This document shows, piece by piece, positions 28,581 through 42,480 of a DNA stretch of 64,000 nt. Made by a program: the position numbers and the translations under genes. The notes under the pieces are model-generated. The model was not told where the DNA came from. It was given only the letters and a program-made list of their open reading frames with translations, and ran no database searches. Every line of letters starts with the position of its first letter. The stretch's first letter is position 1. The DNA comes from the human T2T-CHM13v2.0 reference genome, Homo sapiens: assembly GCF_009914755.1 (NCBI RefSeq), contig NC_060928.1. One strand, 5' to 3'.

Positions 28581-28896
28581 GTAAATATATATTTGAGATT
28601 TTTTTTTCTCTCCCATATCATAAATAGGATCACTAGCACCATGAAATTGAAGCACTCAGGTGTATCAATGGGATGATGTGCCTTTCTCCCCAAAACAGCA
28701 CTGTTCTCAGCTCTGGGGTTACAGTTTAGTACAAAACAAAGTCCTGCCCTTGTGGAGTTCACTTTCTAGTGCAGAAAAGGAGGAGTCAGACAATACACAA
28801 TAAATAAATAAGCAAACAAAATTAAGATATGTTATATGGTGTGAAGTATGGCTGAGGAAACTAAAGCAGGGAAAAGGAATGAAATAAGGGGACAAG

Positions 28897-29193
<297 letters not shown>

Positions 29194-29285
29194 GAGAGAA
29201 AGAAAGAAAAAGAAAGAAAGAAGGAAGGAAGGAAGGAAGGAAGGAAGGAAGGAAGGAAGGAAGGAAGGAAGGAAAGAAAGAAAAA

Positions 29286-29315
<30 letters not shown>
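29194..29315. repeat. Compound (GAAA)n/(GGAA)13/(GA)n purine tract in Alu tail
   Basis: 13 consecutive GGAA at 29223-29274 within an all-purine stretch. Confidence 0.95.
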
Positions 29316-29316
<1 letters not shown>

Positions 29317-30369
29317 TGGGGACAAACGAGTGGTCATTCTATTTCAAATAGAGTGGCAAATGAAGACTTTTCCAGTGGAGGACATTGAGCAGAGAACTGA
29401 AGGAGGTAACAGAATGGTCCAGGCAAAGTGGAATACAAGGGCAAAGACTCCAAGGAGTGATAACTCATCATTAGGGTTGTAAATACACAAATCAAACAAT
29501 ATAGAAAAACAGAAGCTAGAAAGTGAAAATGATCAGAAATTCCACGGTCAAAGAAAATTACCATTAACACAATCAGACATATCCCCTCAGACATCTATTT
29601 GAACACTTACATATACATATACAAGCACATATATTTTTACATAAATGTGATCAAAACTACAAATAATATCTTGTAACATACTTGTTTCATCCATAAATCT
29701 GTTACATGTATCTTTTTATGAGTACTAATATTTTTCAATATCTGTCTACTATTACAGTGGTTGAGATGTTTTGGATGTTTGTTTCCTTATATCCTTAGAA
29801 TAAATTCCTAGAAATTAATTGTTAGGTCAAAGGGTATGCATATTTAAGATTTTGAATAAAATGGACAACTGCCAAACAGAAAGTCAATATGATTTTAATA
29901 TTCATTCCTATTAATAATGATTCAGAGAGCATTTTCTCTGCATCCTCTTTAATGCTGAGACTTGTTGATTTCATAAATGTTCTTTTGATTCCTTCTGATA
30001 AATATCTTCTCATATATTCATTGGCCTTTTCTGTTATTCATATCCATGTTTTTTGCTGTTTTAAAAAATGATGGTTTAATATTTTTCTTATTATTTTATA
30101 AGAACTTTCTGTGTATTAGAGTTATTCTTTTTCCATCCCACATGTTGCAAATAATTTTTCTGGTAAGTCTTTTGGTTTCTAACCTTGTTTAAGATGTATG
30201 TTTATTTTGTTTTTGCCATGTTTAGTCAAATATATCCAACTTTATTGATTCTGAGACATATTTTAATATTACCCATGATTATAAAAGCATTGCTAGCCTG
30301 TCATGCCCCCAACTATTTACAACATTCAGGAGCAGATTTTATATTTCTTAACACAGTACTCTTCTCAGA

Positions 30370-30673
<304 letters not shown>

Positions 30674-31249
30674 TCAGAAATATTTTTTAAAAAACCATCT
30701 GGCCTACATATTAGGGAAAACCAGTATAGGTCAAGGCACTTCTGACACAAAAATTGTTTTTTGGTCTAAGACAATGTATAAAGAGGAGTAGCAAAGAAGG
30801 CATGGAAGCCTTTTCTTACACAGGAAGTCATCTTCAGTTTGCCTCATGACTTTTATTTAATGCTTACTATATGTCAGATCTTGCTCCAAGCACTTCATTA
30901 GCATTCTCATTTAATCCCCCACAGTTCCCACGCCAGAATTACCAGACACTTTCTGAAAACCTGGAAATTTCTTATTCATGATGTAAGAGTAGAAGTAATA
31001 TTGATGGTCGTGATAAAAATTTGCTCTTTAGTGTCATTGCTACGTATATAAATGTTTTCTGCTGTGTTTTCTTTATTTTATTAACATATAAACCAGATGT
31101 ATTTGATATAACTGCTATTCTGGCAGATATCAATGGTTACTAACATGTTCATTTACATACTTATTCAAATGTTGATTTTAAATGCACATAGCATCAGACT
31201 CTGTCACTACCTTTCCTTATGGTACAGTCCTCCCTGTCAACTCTTATTC

Positions 31250-32200
31250 TTTGAAAAATTTGGAACCTAGCCCACTGTGTCTATGTATTCTCACTCTCTC
31301 GCTCTCCTCCTTAATTCTGACATCTTTTTTAGGTAATTTCAATATTCATGCAAATAACCCATGCAACATTCGGGCCTCTCAGTTCTTTCACTTTTTCATA
31401 TCCAACAATCTTTCCTCAATCCCATTCAGCCACTCACGCCAGGGTCATAACCTAGAACTTGCCATTACCAACAACTTCATCCCCTCAAAATCAGAATTTC
31501 AAGCTTACTATTCTCTGATGCCCAAGCCTACTCCCACTGGTACGATTTCTGACAACCTTCTGATGGCACCGAGACCTCCAAACTATGGACATTACTACCA
31601 TTTCACTCTTCATCGGGCCCAAAGATGCTTTAATTTCTATGGGTCCTTCATTATAATCGCTCCTTGCACACGACCTCAATTCCTTTTTCTCTCTTTCTTT
31701 CCATTTACTTCCCTGCAACAACTTACTCGAGTGAAGTTCAATTTTTCGTCTACTTCACACCTTTACCTGTGCAGCAGAATTAATCTCTTATAAAATTCAT
31801 GACCACTTTCTACTGGGGCCCCCAGTAATGTTTCTGAGGAGATTCTCTCACATTCTTTTCCTCACATGTCAAACACCCCTTTTTCTTCTCTCAGCTTATG
31901 CCCTTTTCCATCATTTCATAAAGAAACTAGAAACAATAAGATGTGCACACTCCCAACACCAAATCTACCAACTTATTGCATCTCTACCTATATAAGTTGG
32001 CTTCCTCCTATTACCGGAAGCAATGGTTCCCGCTTCTAATGAAGGATGACCTCTCTCTGCTAGTGCAGTGGATTCTATCCCCTCAGACTGAAAGGTTTTA
32101 CTCCAGTCTGTGTCCTTTCTCTCTCCTGAATAATTAGTTTACCCTCCTTATGGAATCATTCATAGCACTATTATCTACTATCTTAAAAACCAAAATCAAA
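31250..32200 (+). mobile_element. L2 internal ORF remnant (endonuclease region)
   Basis: ORF 31182..31793 contains LGNFNIH and GHNLELAIT, matching APE-type endonuclease motifs GDFNIH and GHTLDL. Confidence 0.7.
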
Positions 32201-32399
32201 CACAAACAAACCAAAAAAATTGTTTTCCTCGATCCTAAAGGAATCATCTATATTCATTGTCTATTTTAAAATTAAATATAAAATATTTACTAGGTATAAG
32301 AACATTTGTGACTAAAACATGTTTCAAAATAAGCACAATTTATCAAAAATCTGTCCCTGCGATTGGCTAATGATCAATATAAAAAACAGTAAAAAACAC

Positions 32400-32715
32400 G
32401 CCCAGTTGCAGTGGCTCACACCTGTAATCCCAGCACTTTGGAAAGATCAGCACAACCAGGAGGATTGCTTGAGGCCAGGAGTTCGAGACCAGCCTGGGCA
32501 GCATAGGGAGACCTCATCCCTATTTAAAAAAAAACAGCCAAGTGTAGTGGTTTGCTTCTGTAGTCCAGGCTACTCAGGAGGCTGAGGTGGGAGGATCACT
32601 TGAGCCCAGGAGGTTGAGGCTGCAGTGAGCCATGATCACGCCACTGTACTGCAGCCTGAGAGACAGAGCAAGACCCTGTCTCCAGAAGAAACAAATAAAC
32701 AGACAGACAAAAACA
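32400..32715 (+). mobile_element. AluJ
   Basis: ggaggattgcttgaggccaggagttcgagaccagcctgggc and gaggttgaggctgcagtgagcc (J-type). Confidence 0.88.
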
Positions 32716-34740
32716 TCAAATATACAAGAAAAGTCTTTCTTTGAATTCTTAGTCCACATTTGTATCAAATGGACTAAGTTTACCCTATATGAAAATGTTG
32801 CCAATTTAAATAATCTGCTACATTGGTGAGTCAAACTAGCCCCGCTAAAATGAATGTCATTGATAGCTGTATTCTTATATATTTTCTCCAATTCTTTTTT
32901 GTGCTTTTACTTTTTGTTATTTTTCTTTACTTGTTTTTGGCTTCCTATGAAACTCTTATAAGCAGTTCTCAGAATTGGTGTCTTAGACCATGCCAGGTAA
33001 AACTTTTCCATTATGGTAACATTTATGGTCGTTTATTTGGCACATTTGGCTTTTGCTCTCAATACTGTGAATTACAATTCTCAAAATTCTAACTCACATT
33101 TTCTAGGTTGTTTTATTTGAATTGTTTATAGGTTGTTGATTTTTCACACTTTGACCTTGTTATTTAGCTATCTTTCAATGCTGTCTGCTCTCTGCCTTCC
33201 TCATTGTGGACTTTAATTTCATTCTAATAGTTCTCTCCACTAAGGTAATAGCAATTCTCTTAAGGTTCTCAGAATTCTCATGTCAGATCTGCCTTTTTCC
33301 CACTTCTCAAAACTTTTAACCTTTGATTAAGTAAATAAATGTTCGGGTACTCATATGACTCTTATCAGCGTTTATATGAGTGCTGAGGTAGTTAGTTGAC
33401 ACCACCAGTTCATTCAGTTCACTACCTTTTCAATGTTCGTTAGTTCTTTCCTGTTCTCACTTCCCTTCTGGACATTTAACTACCAGTGTCTTTGAGCACA
33501 AACCACCTGTCATCACTGTCAAAATGTGTAGATTAACACATACAGTTTTCAGATAACTATAGCAATAATCTGTAAACCAAGCTTAGCTAAACCTGGGGCA
33601 ACATAAATATTTTACAACTACAGGTTAAGCTAGGAGAGAATTTGGGTATCATCGGATTCATCATCTTTTCTCTATACAAAATCAAACTCAGACCACTCCC
33701 AGTAAAAACAAAACAAAACAAGTCATTTTATTTAAGTGAAAATTGGATGAAGGAAGTTGAAAACTGAGGAAAGTACCAGAAGTTCCTGGCTTAACTGAGT
33801 GACCTTGTATGAGTGAATCAGTGTACAAATGAGTGATTAGATCTAGCCCTTGACTGACAACTGTTCTGTGACAATCGTGCTGTAAACTTTAATCTTAACT
33901 TCAAGGCTTTTCTATGTCAGACCTTTACCGAACTGATAATACATCAAACTCAGCAGTTACACATCTTCTTTAATAGCAGCACTGTGAGAGGTTTTGCAAA
34001 GAAGGCAAACGTTATTCACATCAGTTAGTGTTGAAACATTTAGTGGGAAAACAGGTTCTAGTTATTTATTATCCAAACAGGGCAGTGAGAGATACTCTAT
34101 GTTTTTGGCTATAAGTCAAAGTAAATCAAACTAGAGTAGACTAATCTAACAATGGAAAGGGCAAAAAGTGATTGAAAGGAATAGCTGGAGGAATTTGAGT
34201 ACTGTACTTATTTTTATTTTTCTTTGTTTTTTAATTATTTTCAGTTGCTAAAATTCACATAGTGCAAATCTACCAAAGATCTCAAGGGGGCTATAGAATT
34301 CCTCAGCTACTCGGTTTCCTCCCCTAGAGGCAAACTCCATTACCAGCATCTTTTTACCCATCCAATGATATTTCAAGTGTATGTGTTTGAATGCACACTT
34401 GGTAGATTTTATTTCTATAACAAGAAAGTTATGTGTATTTATTTTGAATTTACTCATATTTGGTTTAATCATGTGCCTTATGCTCAAAAATTTGTGTTTT
34501 CTAAAAAATGGTTTAAAATATATATAATTTTGTATTGACAGGAATTCAGTTGGAATTTTCTGTTAAAATTTTGATATACTATATGGCAACATTATATAAA
34601 TAATTTTCACTAGAAAAAATATATAGAGGAAAATAATCACCTGTAGTCTTGCCACTTAGAAATAAGCACAATAATTATTTTGGCTTATTGTTTATACAAA
34701 CATACTGAAATATTTTCTGGAATAGGAATTATACCATACA

Positions 34741-35070
34741 CAGTTGTCCCTCAGTATCTACGGGGCACTGGCTCCAGGATCCACCAAGAATACCAAAATA
34801 CATGGAAGCTTAAGTGTCTGACGTAAAATGCAATGGTTACATTTACACATAACCTACACACATCCTACTGTATACTTTAAATCATCTCTAGATTATTTAT
34901 GGTACCTAATACAATGTAAATGCCATCTAAATTGTTGTTATACTATATTGTTTAGGGAATAATGATAAGAAAGAGAGTCTGTTCAATACAGATGCATTTT
35001 AAAAAATATTCTTGATCCACAGAGGACTGATTCCATAGACATGGAACTCAAGGATTCAGAGGGTTGACTG
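34741..35070. mobile_element. MER2 (TcMar-Tigger non-autonomous DNA transposon)
   Basis: TIR-like ends cagttgtccctcagtatc / gattcagagggttgactg(ta); internal cataacctacacacatcctactgtatactttaaatcatctctagatta. Confidence 0.85.
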
Positions 35071-36889
35071 TATGCCATTATGGAATATTTTCCCCTGATG
35101 ACAACTATATATTTACACATTTTATTTTCAGCCACAAATAACAAATATGAAATTGAAAATTTAAAAAAACTTATTAAAATAAGGGACCATAAATTTGATG
35201 TTCATGCTCTCTCTCAATTCAGAGTCCTTGAATGTAAAATGGTGCCTATTACCAGTGTTATCAGTCATACCTAGGTTAGCAGTGGGCTGTTTCAATGTCA
35301 GGATGGTGGGGAGTATATTGAGCAATGGTTCTGTGTGACATCCTACAAAATCTCTCCCTCAGGGTCCAAAGTGGGTGAGGAAAGCCCTGGGATAGGGAAA
35401 CACAAAAGAGAGGGAGTTAGGGAGGGAAAATTCTTAACTGGCCGCTTTTTCAAAGGAGCAAGGGAGGGAAGGCACTCCAGGGCTCAGGCATTCAGCTTCC
35501 TGCTTGTGCCCCCCACCCCAAACCAAGTTGCTGTAGCGTCAGCCATCATACCAACCCTGTCAGAGAAGGCTGCGTGTGAGGAGGGCTCACCAACTCCCTG
35601 AGAACACAGTATAGATCCAAGTATCCCTGAAAGGAGACAGGGAGGAGGGGAATATAGATGTACTATAATAATAAAAATACTGTTCAAAGACCATAATACA
35701 ATGAAAATTTATATATAATAAAGAGATAGCCAAAGTCCCATTGACTTCCTATGCATTTTAAGCTATATTTACTGCTAAAGTATTCAGTGAAACTTGTATA
35801 TCCCTTTGCTGTGTTTTTCATGGCTCTTCCTTCACCAGAGTGAGCCCATTGCCGTCCTATACAACAGGAACTGCAGCTTCAGCACGTCATGGGAATCTTC
35901 CTGAGTTCCATATCCTGCCCTCTCTTCCGATGTTTTTAGCTGGTTGGGCATCCCTGGTGACCGTCATGACACCTCAAAGCTAGGTTGTACCTCTATATCC
36001 AGCCCCTGGCTGCCTTGCTGTGGAACAGCACTCCCAGAAATTATACAGTGCATAGCGGCTCTGCAGCAGCCCTGATGCACTGCTTACTCGGCTCTAAATT
36101 TTAGTGTCACTGCCTAGATGCACTCTCTGAGATGACCCTCAGTTCTATCTGAATACTCTCACCACCCTTCTCTCCCAGCCCAGCTCCTCAGACCCCCAAC
36201 TTGTCCATAACAGGAATTCAGACAATGAAATGTAATGAAATTTTGCTACTTTCATTGAGCAGAGGACAGAATTACTGTTACAGTAGCTCACTGAAATACA
36301 AGATAAAAGGACCAAGGCAAAAATATTTTATCTAGTAATTATCAAAATATAGCCAGTTTTCCTAGATAGATAGGTGGATAGATAGATAAATGAAGCTTCT
36401 CAAAGTTATTTGCTAAAATTTTGCCCACATAACAAATAGAAGAAACCAGATGTAAGCAAATATCTTTGGGAATGAATTTTCGATGGTCACAGAGGACTCT
36501 TGTCAAAATTGTTTTCTCCAGCTGTCACCTTCACTAAAAGACATTTACTGTTTCCAGGAAGAATGGTCTTTCATTTTTGCTTAATAGGCAACCATGGAAT
36601 TCTCTCTCTCTTTCTTTTTAAATCACCCAGCTACCCTTCCCATCTCTGTTCACTTCCAGAATTTTCTGATTGTAGTCTGGGCCTGAAAACACATTTCATC
36701 TTGGCTCACTGACCACAACTTTCTTAAAGTTGGCTACTCTCTAAAACTCTGTCTCTTCCATGAAATTGCCCTGAACTCAGTGGAGTTAAGGTATTGATTT
36801 CTCACAGACATGTCTTATTTATGCAAACAATTGCCTTATGCCATTTATAATATGTTCTACCCCACAACATCAAAATCCAATGCACACAT

Positions 36890-37015
36890 TCTATTGTTTT
36901 GCAAGATGTTAGCCTTGGGGGAAACTTGGTAAAGGGTACATGGATCTCTCTGTTTCATTTTTTTTTACAACTGCATGTGAATCTACAGTTAATTCAAAAT
37001 AAGAACTTTAATTAA
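36890..37015 (+). mobile_element. L1MC/L1MD 3' end fragment
   Basis: ttgcaagatgttagccttgggggaaacttggtaaagggtacatggatctctctg...acaactgcatgtgaatctaca. Confidence 0.7.
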
Positions 37016-39499
37016 AAACATAATGCCCTTATTTTCTCTATCTTCCTCCCTTTCTCTCTTTAAATTATCCTTTTAAATACACATGTAAAATTTTACATGT
37101 AAGGATAAAATTTTTCCTCTGATCCTTTACCTTGTTTACTCTCCCAAACTTTCCAATTTTTTTTTTAATATATTGTGTTTTCAGAGGGGTAGAGACTACG
37201 TTTAAGAATAAGGGTACACATTCGGTTGTTTGGAAGAAATTTTATGATGTATAAAACAACCTCCTATGTATCTTGGCTGTTTCTCACGCTATGCTTGAAA
37301 CACCAGAAATCCATGTAAACTGTAAAACAAACTGATGAAAAAGCCAAGTCCCTTTCTCCACTTCCATCTCCTATTCGATCCAGCCCCACCCACTGTAGAG
37401 TAAGGCAGTTCCTGAGGTCAAACTCCTCAGTCACAAGACCTCACAGACTTTAGTGAGTACAGATATCCAAACCAGGCTGATAATTCCAAAGTAAAAGATG
37501 CCCTAAAAGCCAGAGAAAAACAGGGATTTTGTTCACTACATTAAATAAAAATCTGAGAAAACCAGAGCAATTCCTGCCAAGTATAATTAAGATGCTGGGA
37601 GAAATGACTCAAAAGAAATATACCTGCCTTTCTCATTCTACTTTGTATTGACCTTTCTGAACTAAGGTGCTGACTTGAAAATGTTATACTCTTGCTGGAA
37701 GTCTGCTTTAACTATCAATACAAATATTCTTCAATCCTTTACAAATACCGATTTTCATGAAGAATAAGATACATTACAACAAAAAATCCTGTAATCTGTA
37801 TGACCAGGTTAGAACTCCATTTTTTTTTTAATCAAAGACTTGATTTTCACACTTTCTGTGGAATCCTAGCATTTATTATATAGTCTGGGCCATTGTTTCT
37901 CCATAATAAGGCCAGATACCTGAGGTCTCATAAAGTCAGAAAAAAAAAACTCAATAAAATTTTTCTTGATTTTATGTAAGTGTGTTAATAAGGGCAGTTC
38001 CTATGTGTTGGAGGTTAAAAATGTGAAATGTTAAATTTAAAAATAAAAGTCACAGTGTTGCCAGCCACAATGTGACTGTGTTAATACATAATATCTAACT
38101 GGCCTCTTTCTCAAGTACTGACACTGAGTCATCACACTTCACTTACTTTCCCATTTTCCCCTGGAGGGACGTTTCTGTTTTGTCAACCTGGAAAACACAT
38201 AGTTTGCTGTCATATTGGATTCAGATTTAGTTGGGTATGAAAGTGATACATCAATATTCTAGTATGTGAATTTTCTTTTTATGGGAAGGAAATCTCTTAT
38301 CTTTGCTTGTTCAGAAAGTCTCAACTCAAAAAAATGAGGCATTCATTTTTATCCTTGTACTGTAGTTTTATGATAGAAACTGTCCTCCTTGTTGTTACAT
38401 TTATAAGCACCTCCTAAGCTCCATTTTAGGACAGCTTCAGTGCTCTCTAATTTTTATAATCTATAGTCCAGATCGATCAGAATCTGCTGGACCAAGTGAG
38501 GATAAAAATGAATGCATTTCCCAATTCAGTGCAGGATTTGGGATGCCCAGAATTGAAAAACATAGATGTGTTAAGCGGATCTGTTTTAATATCCAGAAAA
38601 GTCATCCCTCAGCCTGGGCAAGATGATCTTGTGCTCATTACTTTACTTCCCAGAATGGAGATGATGCATAAACCACAATTTTAATTTGCTTTTTTTTGTG
38701 CATGTGTAGAATAAGCGACAAAATTTCAGCGGCTGTGATTATTATAATATTGCCATAAACCTCTCTAATGAAATGCCAGCAATGTTGAGACAGCTTTATT
38801 CAGGCATAGGTCAAAATAGCCATGCATATCAGTACAGGGCGATAAATCCTGGACTCCAAACAATAACACTGGGCCAGAAAGGAAGCAGATATTAAGGAAA
38901 CAATTATTTTATTAATATGCACTTATGTAAGGCACTTTAGACACAGGCAAGGTAGATGATTACATGAGTTAATTAACTAATTAATTTTAGGTCATTTAGA
39001 GTATGTAAGGACATATGAAACACATTTTTGTGTCATCAAAAAACTAAGAATCCCTTGTGAGAGGCCTCTTATAGCTATGAGAAGATAACTTGTAATGCAA
39101 AGTGATAATTGATAAGTGTAGACAATAAGTGCAATTGGAGTTCAGAGAAGGGACAGATCACTTCCAGACAGATTAACTGAGCTATATTTCATGAAGAATG
39201 TGATATTTTAGTTGAATATGCAAATTAAAAGATTAAATGTTTGTCAAGTGCCTATTGCATGCAGTGCCTGCTCCTGAGCTCTGCGTGGGTATCAAGAAAA
39301 TTTATGTCACAGTCTTGCCCTAGTAAAGTCTATAATGTGGCCAAGAAAATGACTCATAAACATATAAAACACAAATAACAATCAAAGATCTATTTCAAGG
39401 CAACGCTAGAAGTGATCATGACAGAAGGCAGTCATGATTAGTTGTGCTCATTAGTTATGCAAACAATTAATTGCTTTAGACATTAGCAAAAGGAGGCAC

Positions 39500-41195
39500 T
39501 CGCTTCCCTGACCTGTTGGCAGCATTTGACAAAAACAGTGCCTTCTGTCTTCCAGGACTCTACACACTCTTTGTTCTCCCCCTACCACTCTGGCTGCTGC
39601 TTTTCAGTCTCCTATGCTGGTTAATCCTCATCTATAAACACTAAAGTAATTGAGGGCTCCGCCTGTGGTCCTCTTCTCTCTTTTGTCCACATTAGCTCTG
39701 TTGCAAATCTGATGTAGTTCATGGCTTTAAATCCCATCTACATGCTGGTGATTGGCAAATTTTTATCTCCAGCCTAGACATTTTCCCTGAAGTCCTCCTT
39801 TGTTTCTCCAATTCCCCACTCAAATCTCTACTTGATTGTCTACAAGGCATCTCTAATATAACATGTTCAAAACTGAGTTCCTAATTTCCTCTTTAAAACT
39901 TTCTCCCTTGTATTCTATCTCATCTCAGAAAATGGCAGCTCTACCTTCCAGTTGCTCAGGCAAAAATCCCTGGAGTCATCCTTAACTTTTTCTTTCTCTT
40001 AATTCCCATATCAGATCGATCAGCAAATTCTTTAGTTCTGCCTTCAAAATTTATCCAGAATTAGACCATGTCTCATCTCCTTTCTTACTTCCACTCTGGT
40101 TCAAGAACCTATCAATAACCTCCTGGATTTTTACAACTGTCTTGTGACCCATCTTTCTTCCTCTACCCTGTTTCAACCAAGCAGCCAGAGTGATCCTTTT
40201 AAAATATCAGTCAAATTATGTCACTCTTCTACTCAAAACCCTCCAATGACTTCCCCTCTCACTCTGATTAAAACCTAATATACTCATGATGACCTACAAG
40301 GTCCTACAGGGGCTGGCCCTCATTCTCACTGATGTCATCTATTTTTACCTTCTGACCTCTTCACTCTTTCTTGAACAAACCAGGAGCACTGCTGTTTCAA
40401 GCTCTTTGTTCTTGCTGTTTTCTTTGCCTTGAATGCTCTTCCCCAAAATAACTTCATAGCTTGCTAGTTCATGTCCGTCAAGACTTTACTCAGTAAATCC
40501 TTCCTTCACCACCTCAATCTATCTTAGACTGGATTCCTCAGAAGCAGAGCCTGATAAAAGGATTTTAGATGGTATTGATTTGGGAGATGATACCCTGAAA
40601 TAGCAGTAAGGGAACAGGGAAATGAGACAGAGAAAGAAGACAATATAGGGTACATTAATGAGTGGGTTAACTCTGTGGCCAAATAGGGCTCATTTCCCAC
40701 TGGGAGCTTGGGGAGGCTGTACAGAACACATTGTCCTATGGGAGGAGTATTTACCCTCCTCAATTCCTGTTAGACATTGGCTAAGGGATGCTCCTGGGGG
40801 TGTTAATTCCTGGCACTTCTAACCTTGCCTGTGTGTAGGCAGAGCAGGCATCAGCGGTCAGAGAAAGCCTTTAGGTAGAAAATCAGAGATGCTTACACCA
40901 GAAGGCCCTTCACATGTCCAAGAATATTCAGAATCAAGGAGATATAAGTAAGGCATTGCCAGTGCTGCAGCCTCCCCAAAATTCCGTATCTTCCTTTTGC
41001 TGTTTTTGTTTTATCCCTATAACATTTAACCCTATATTTAATACAATATATTTTCCTTACTTATCTTGTTTACTTTTTTCCTTTATGAATCATGAATTTT
41101 GTCTCATTTGTTCACTGCTATATCCCCAGCACCTAATACAGTGCTTTATACATGAGCAGCAATAAATACTTATGGATTGAAAAAGAAATGAGTGG
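39500..41195 (+). mobile_element. L2a 3' region, interrupted by LTR33
   Basis: tcatggctttaaatcccatctacatgctg...gcagccagagtgatccttttaaaa...ttgttcactgctatatccccagcaccta. Confidence 0.8.
40522..40970 (-). mobile_element. LTR33-like ERVL LTR
   Basis: tggattcctcagaagcagagcctgataaaaggattt...atttgggagatgataccc. Confidence 0.65.
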
Positions 41196-42294
41196 ATGAA
41201 CAACTTCAGGATGGGTAAGTGATCCAGGAAGTCTTAGAGAAGGGATGGGATTTGCACTGAGTAAACATTGGTTAGGCGGAGGCAGGGTCAGGAGAGCAGC
41301 CCAGCAATGGAGAACCACAGGAGCAAGAGTAGGTGAGCTAACATAGGGTAAGTTTAAAAATGAGTTAATTCCTTTTGATAGTAGCAGATGGTCCTTATAA
41401 AAATAAAAATAACTGGAGTAAGACGAGATAGGTCTTGTCCAGGCAAACTGTCAGACTGAGGAATTTGAGATCTTTTCTGTAGGCAACTGGGAAGAAACAA
41501 ATGTTTTAAAACAGAGGAATTTAAACTGTGTTTTAAACCCAATTAAACACGTTTTAGGAAGACTAATCTGAAGTTATTAGTAAGCTGATTTGGGGAAATA
41601 GGAAATAAAAATGAGTGTAGAAGCTTTTTCAGAGGCAGAAACTGGGGCCTGATAGAGTTTTACAAAGTGACTAAGAAAAGGCTAATTGAATGTTGGAGAT
41701 AGTGTGGTTAAGCTATCAAGATCAGGGTTAGGGATGACAGAGGGGAGAGCCTGCATTGACCCTAAGGTCTAGAGTCTGGAATTTAGTGGTACAGCTAATA
41801 GATGATGCACCCAAAGACCAGTCCCCACTCCAGGGCTCACGCTTGTTTCCATCATCCTGGGCATACCCAGCAAAATCCAAACTCGGCTGAGTTTTGAGAA
41901 TCTTCTGGAACTCAGGTGACCTAACATTGATTTGGGCACCTTGGATTTTTGACAAAGGTAGTTGCTCAAAAAAAAGAGACAAGTGAGAAATTTTTAGCAA
42001 TTTAAAAATGTTCCCAGAACTGGCTCTGCTTCCTAAAATCAGCACTCACTCCTGCTCCCTTCCTTATCCTTATTGTCTGTGGTTCTTGGGATTCATACTG
42101 CAGCTTAATGCTGTGGGGAGCATCAGTCTACCTAGTAGTGCAAAGATCCCGCCCTGTCTCCAGATAAGGACTCTGGCAGTCCCATCATTTTACAGATCAA
42201 TGAACATCTGAAGCACTTGTCTAGTTTGGGAACTGCCTTTAGCAGCTAGCAGTTTGGTCAAAATTCATTCCACAGTTTTCCTAAAAACAACAAT

Positions 42295-42480
42295 AATAGC
42301 TACAATATATTGAGTACTTATTAGGAGCCAAGCATTATTCTAAACAACTTGTTTATATTAGTTAATATAATCCTCCCAGCAACTTATGAAGCAGGTTTAA
42401 GTGTTCCTAGTTGACTAATGAGGAAACCAAGGAACAAAGAGGCTAAGTAACTTATCCAAAGTCACACAGCTGGAATGTGG
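42295..42480 (-). mobile_element. MIR
   Basis: atgaggaaaccaaggaacaaagaggctaagtaacttatccaaagtcacacagct. Confidence 0.8.

Noticed and set aside
28326-28676. 116-aa ORF as a standalone gene (likewise 52298..52702)
   Set aside because: Only the portions between splice sites are RhoGEF-like; the extensions are intronic read-through.
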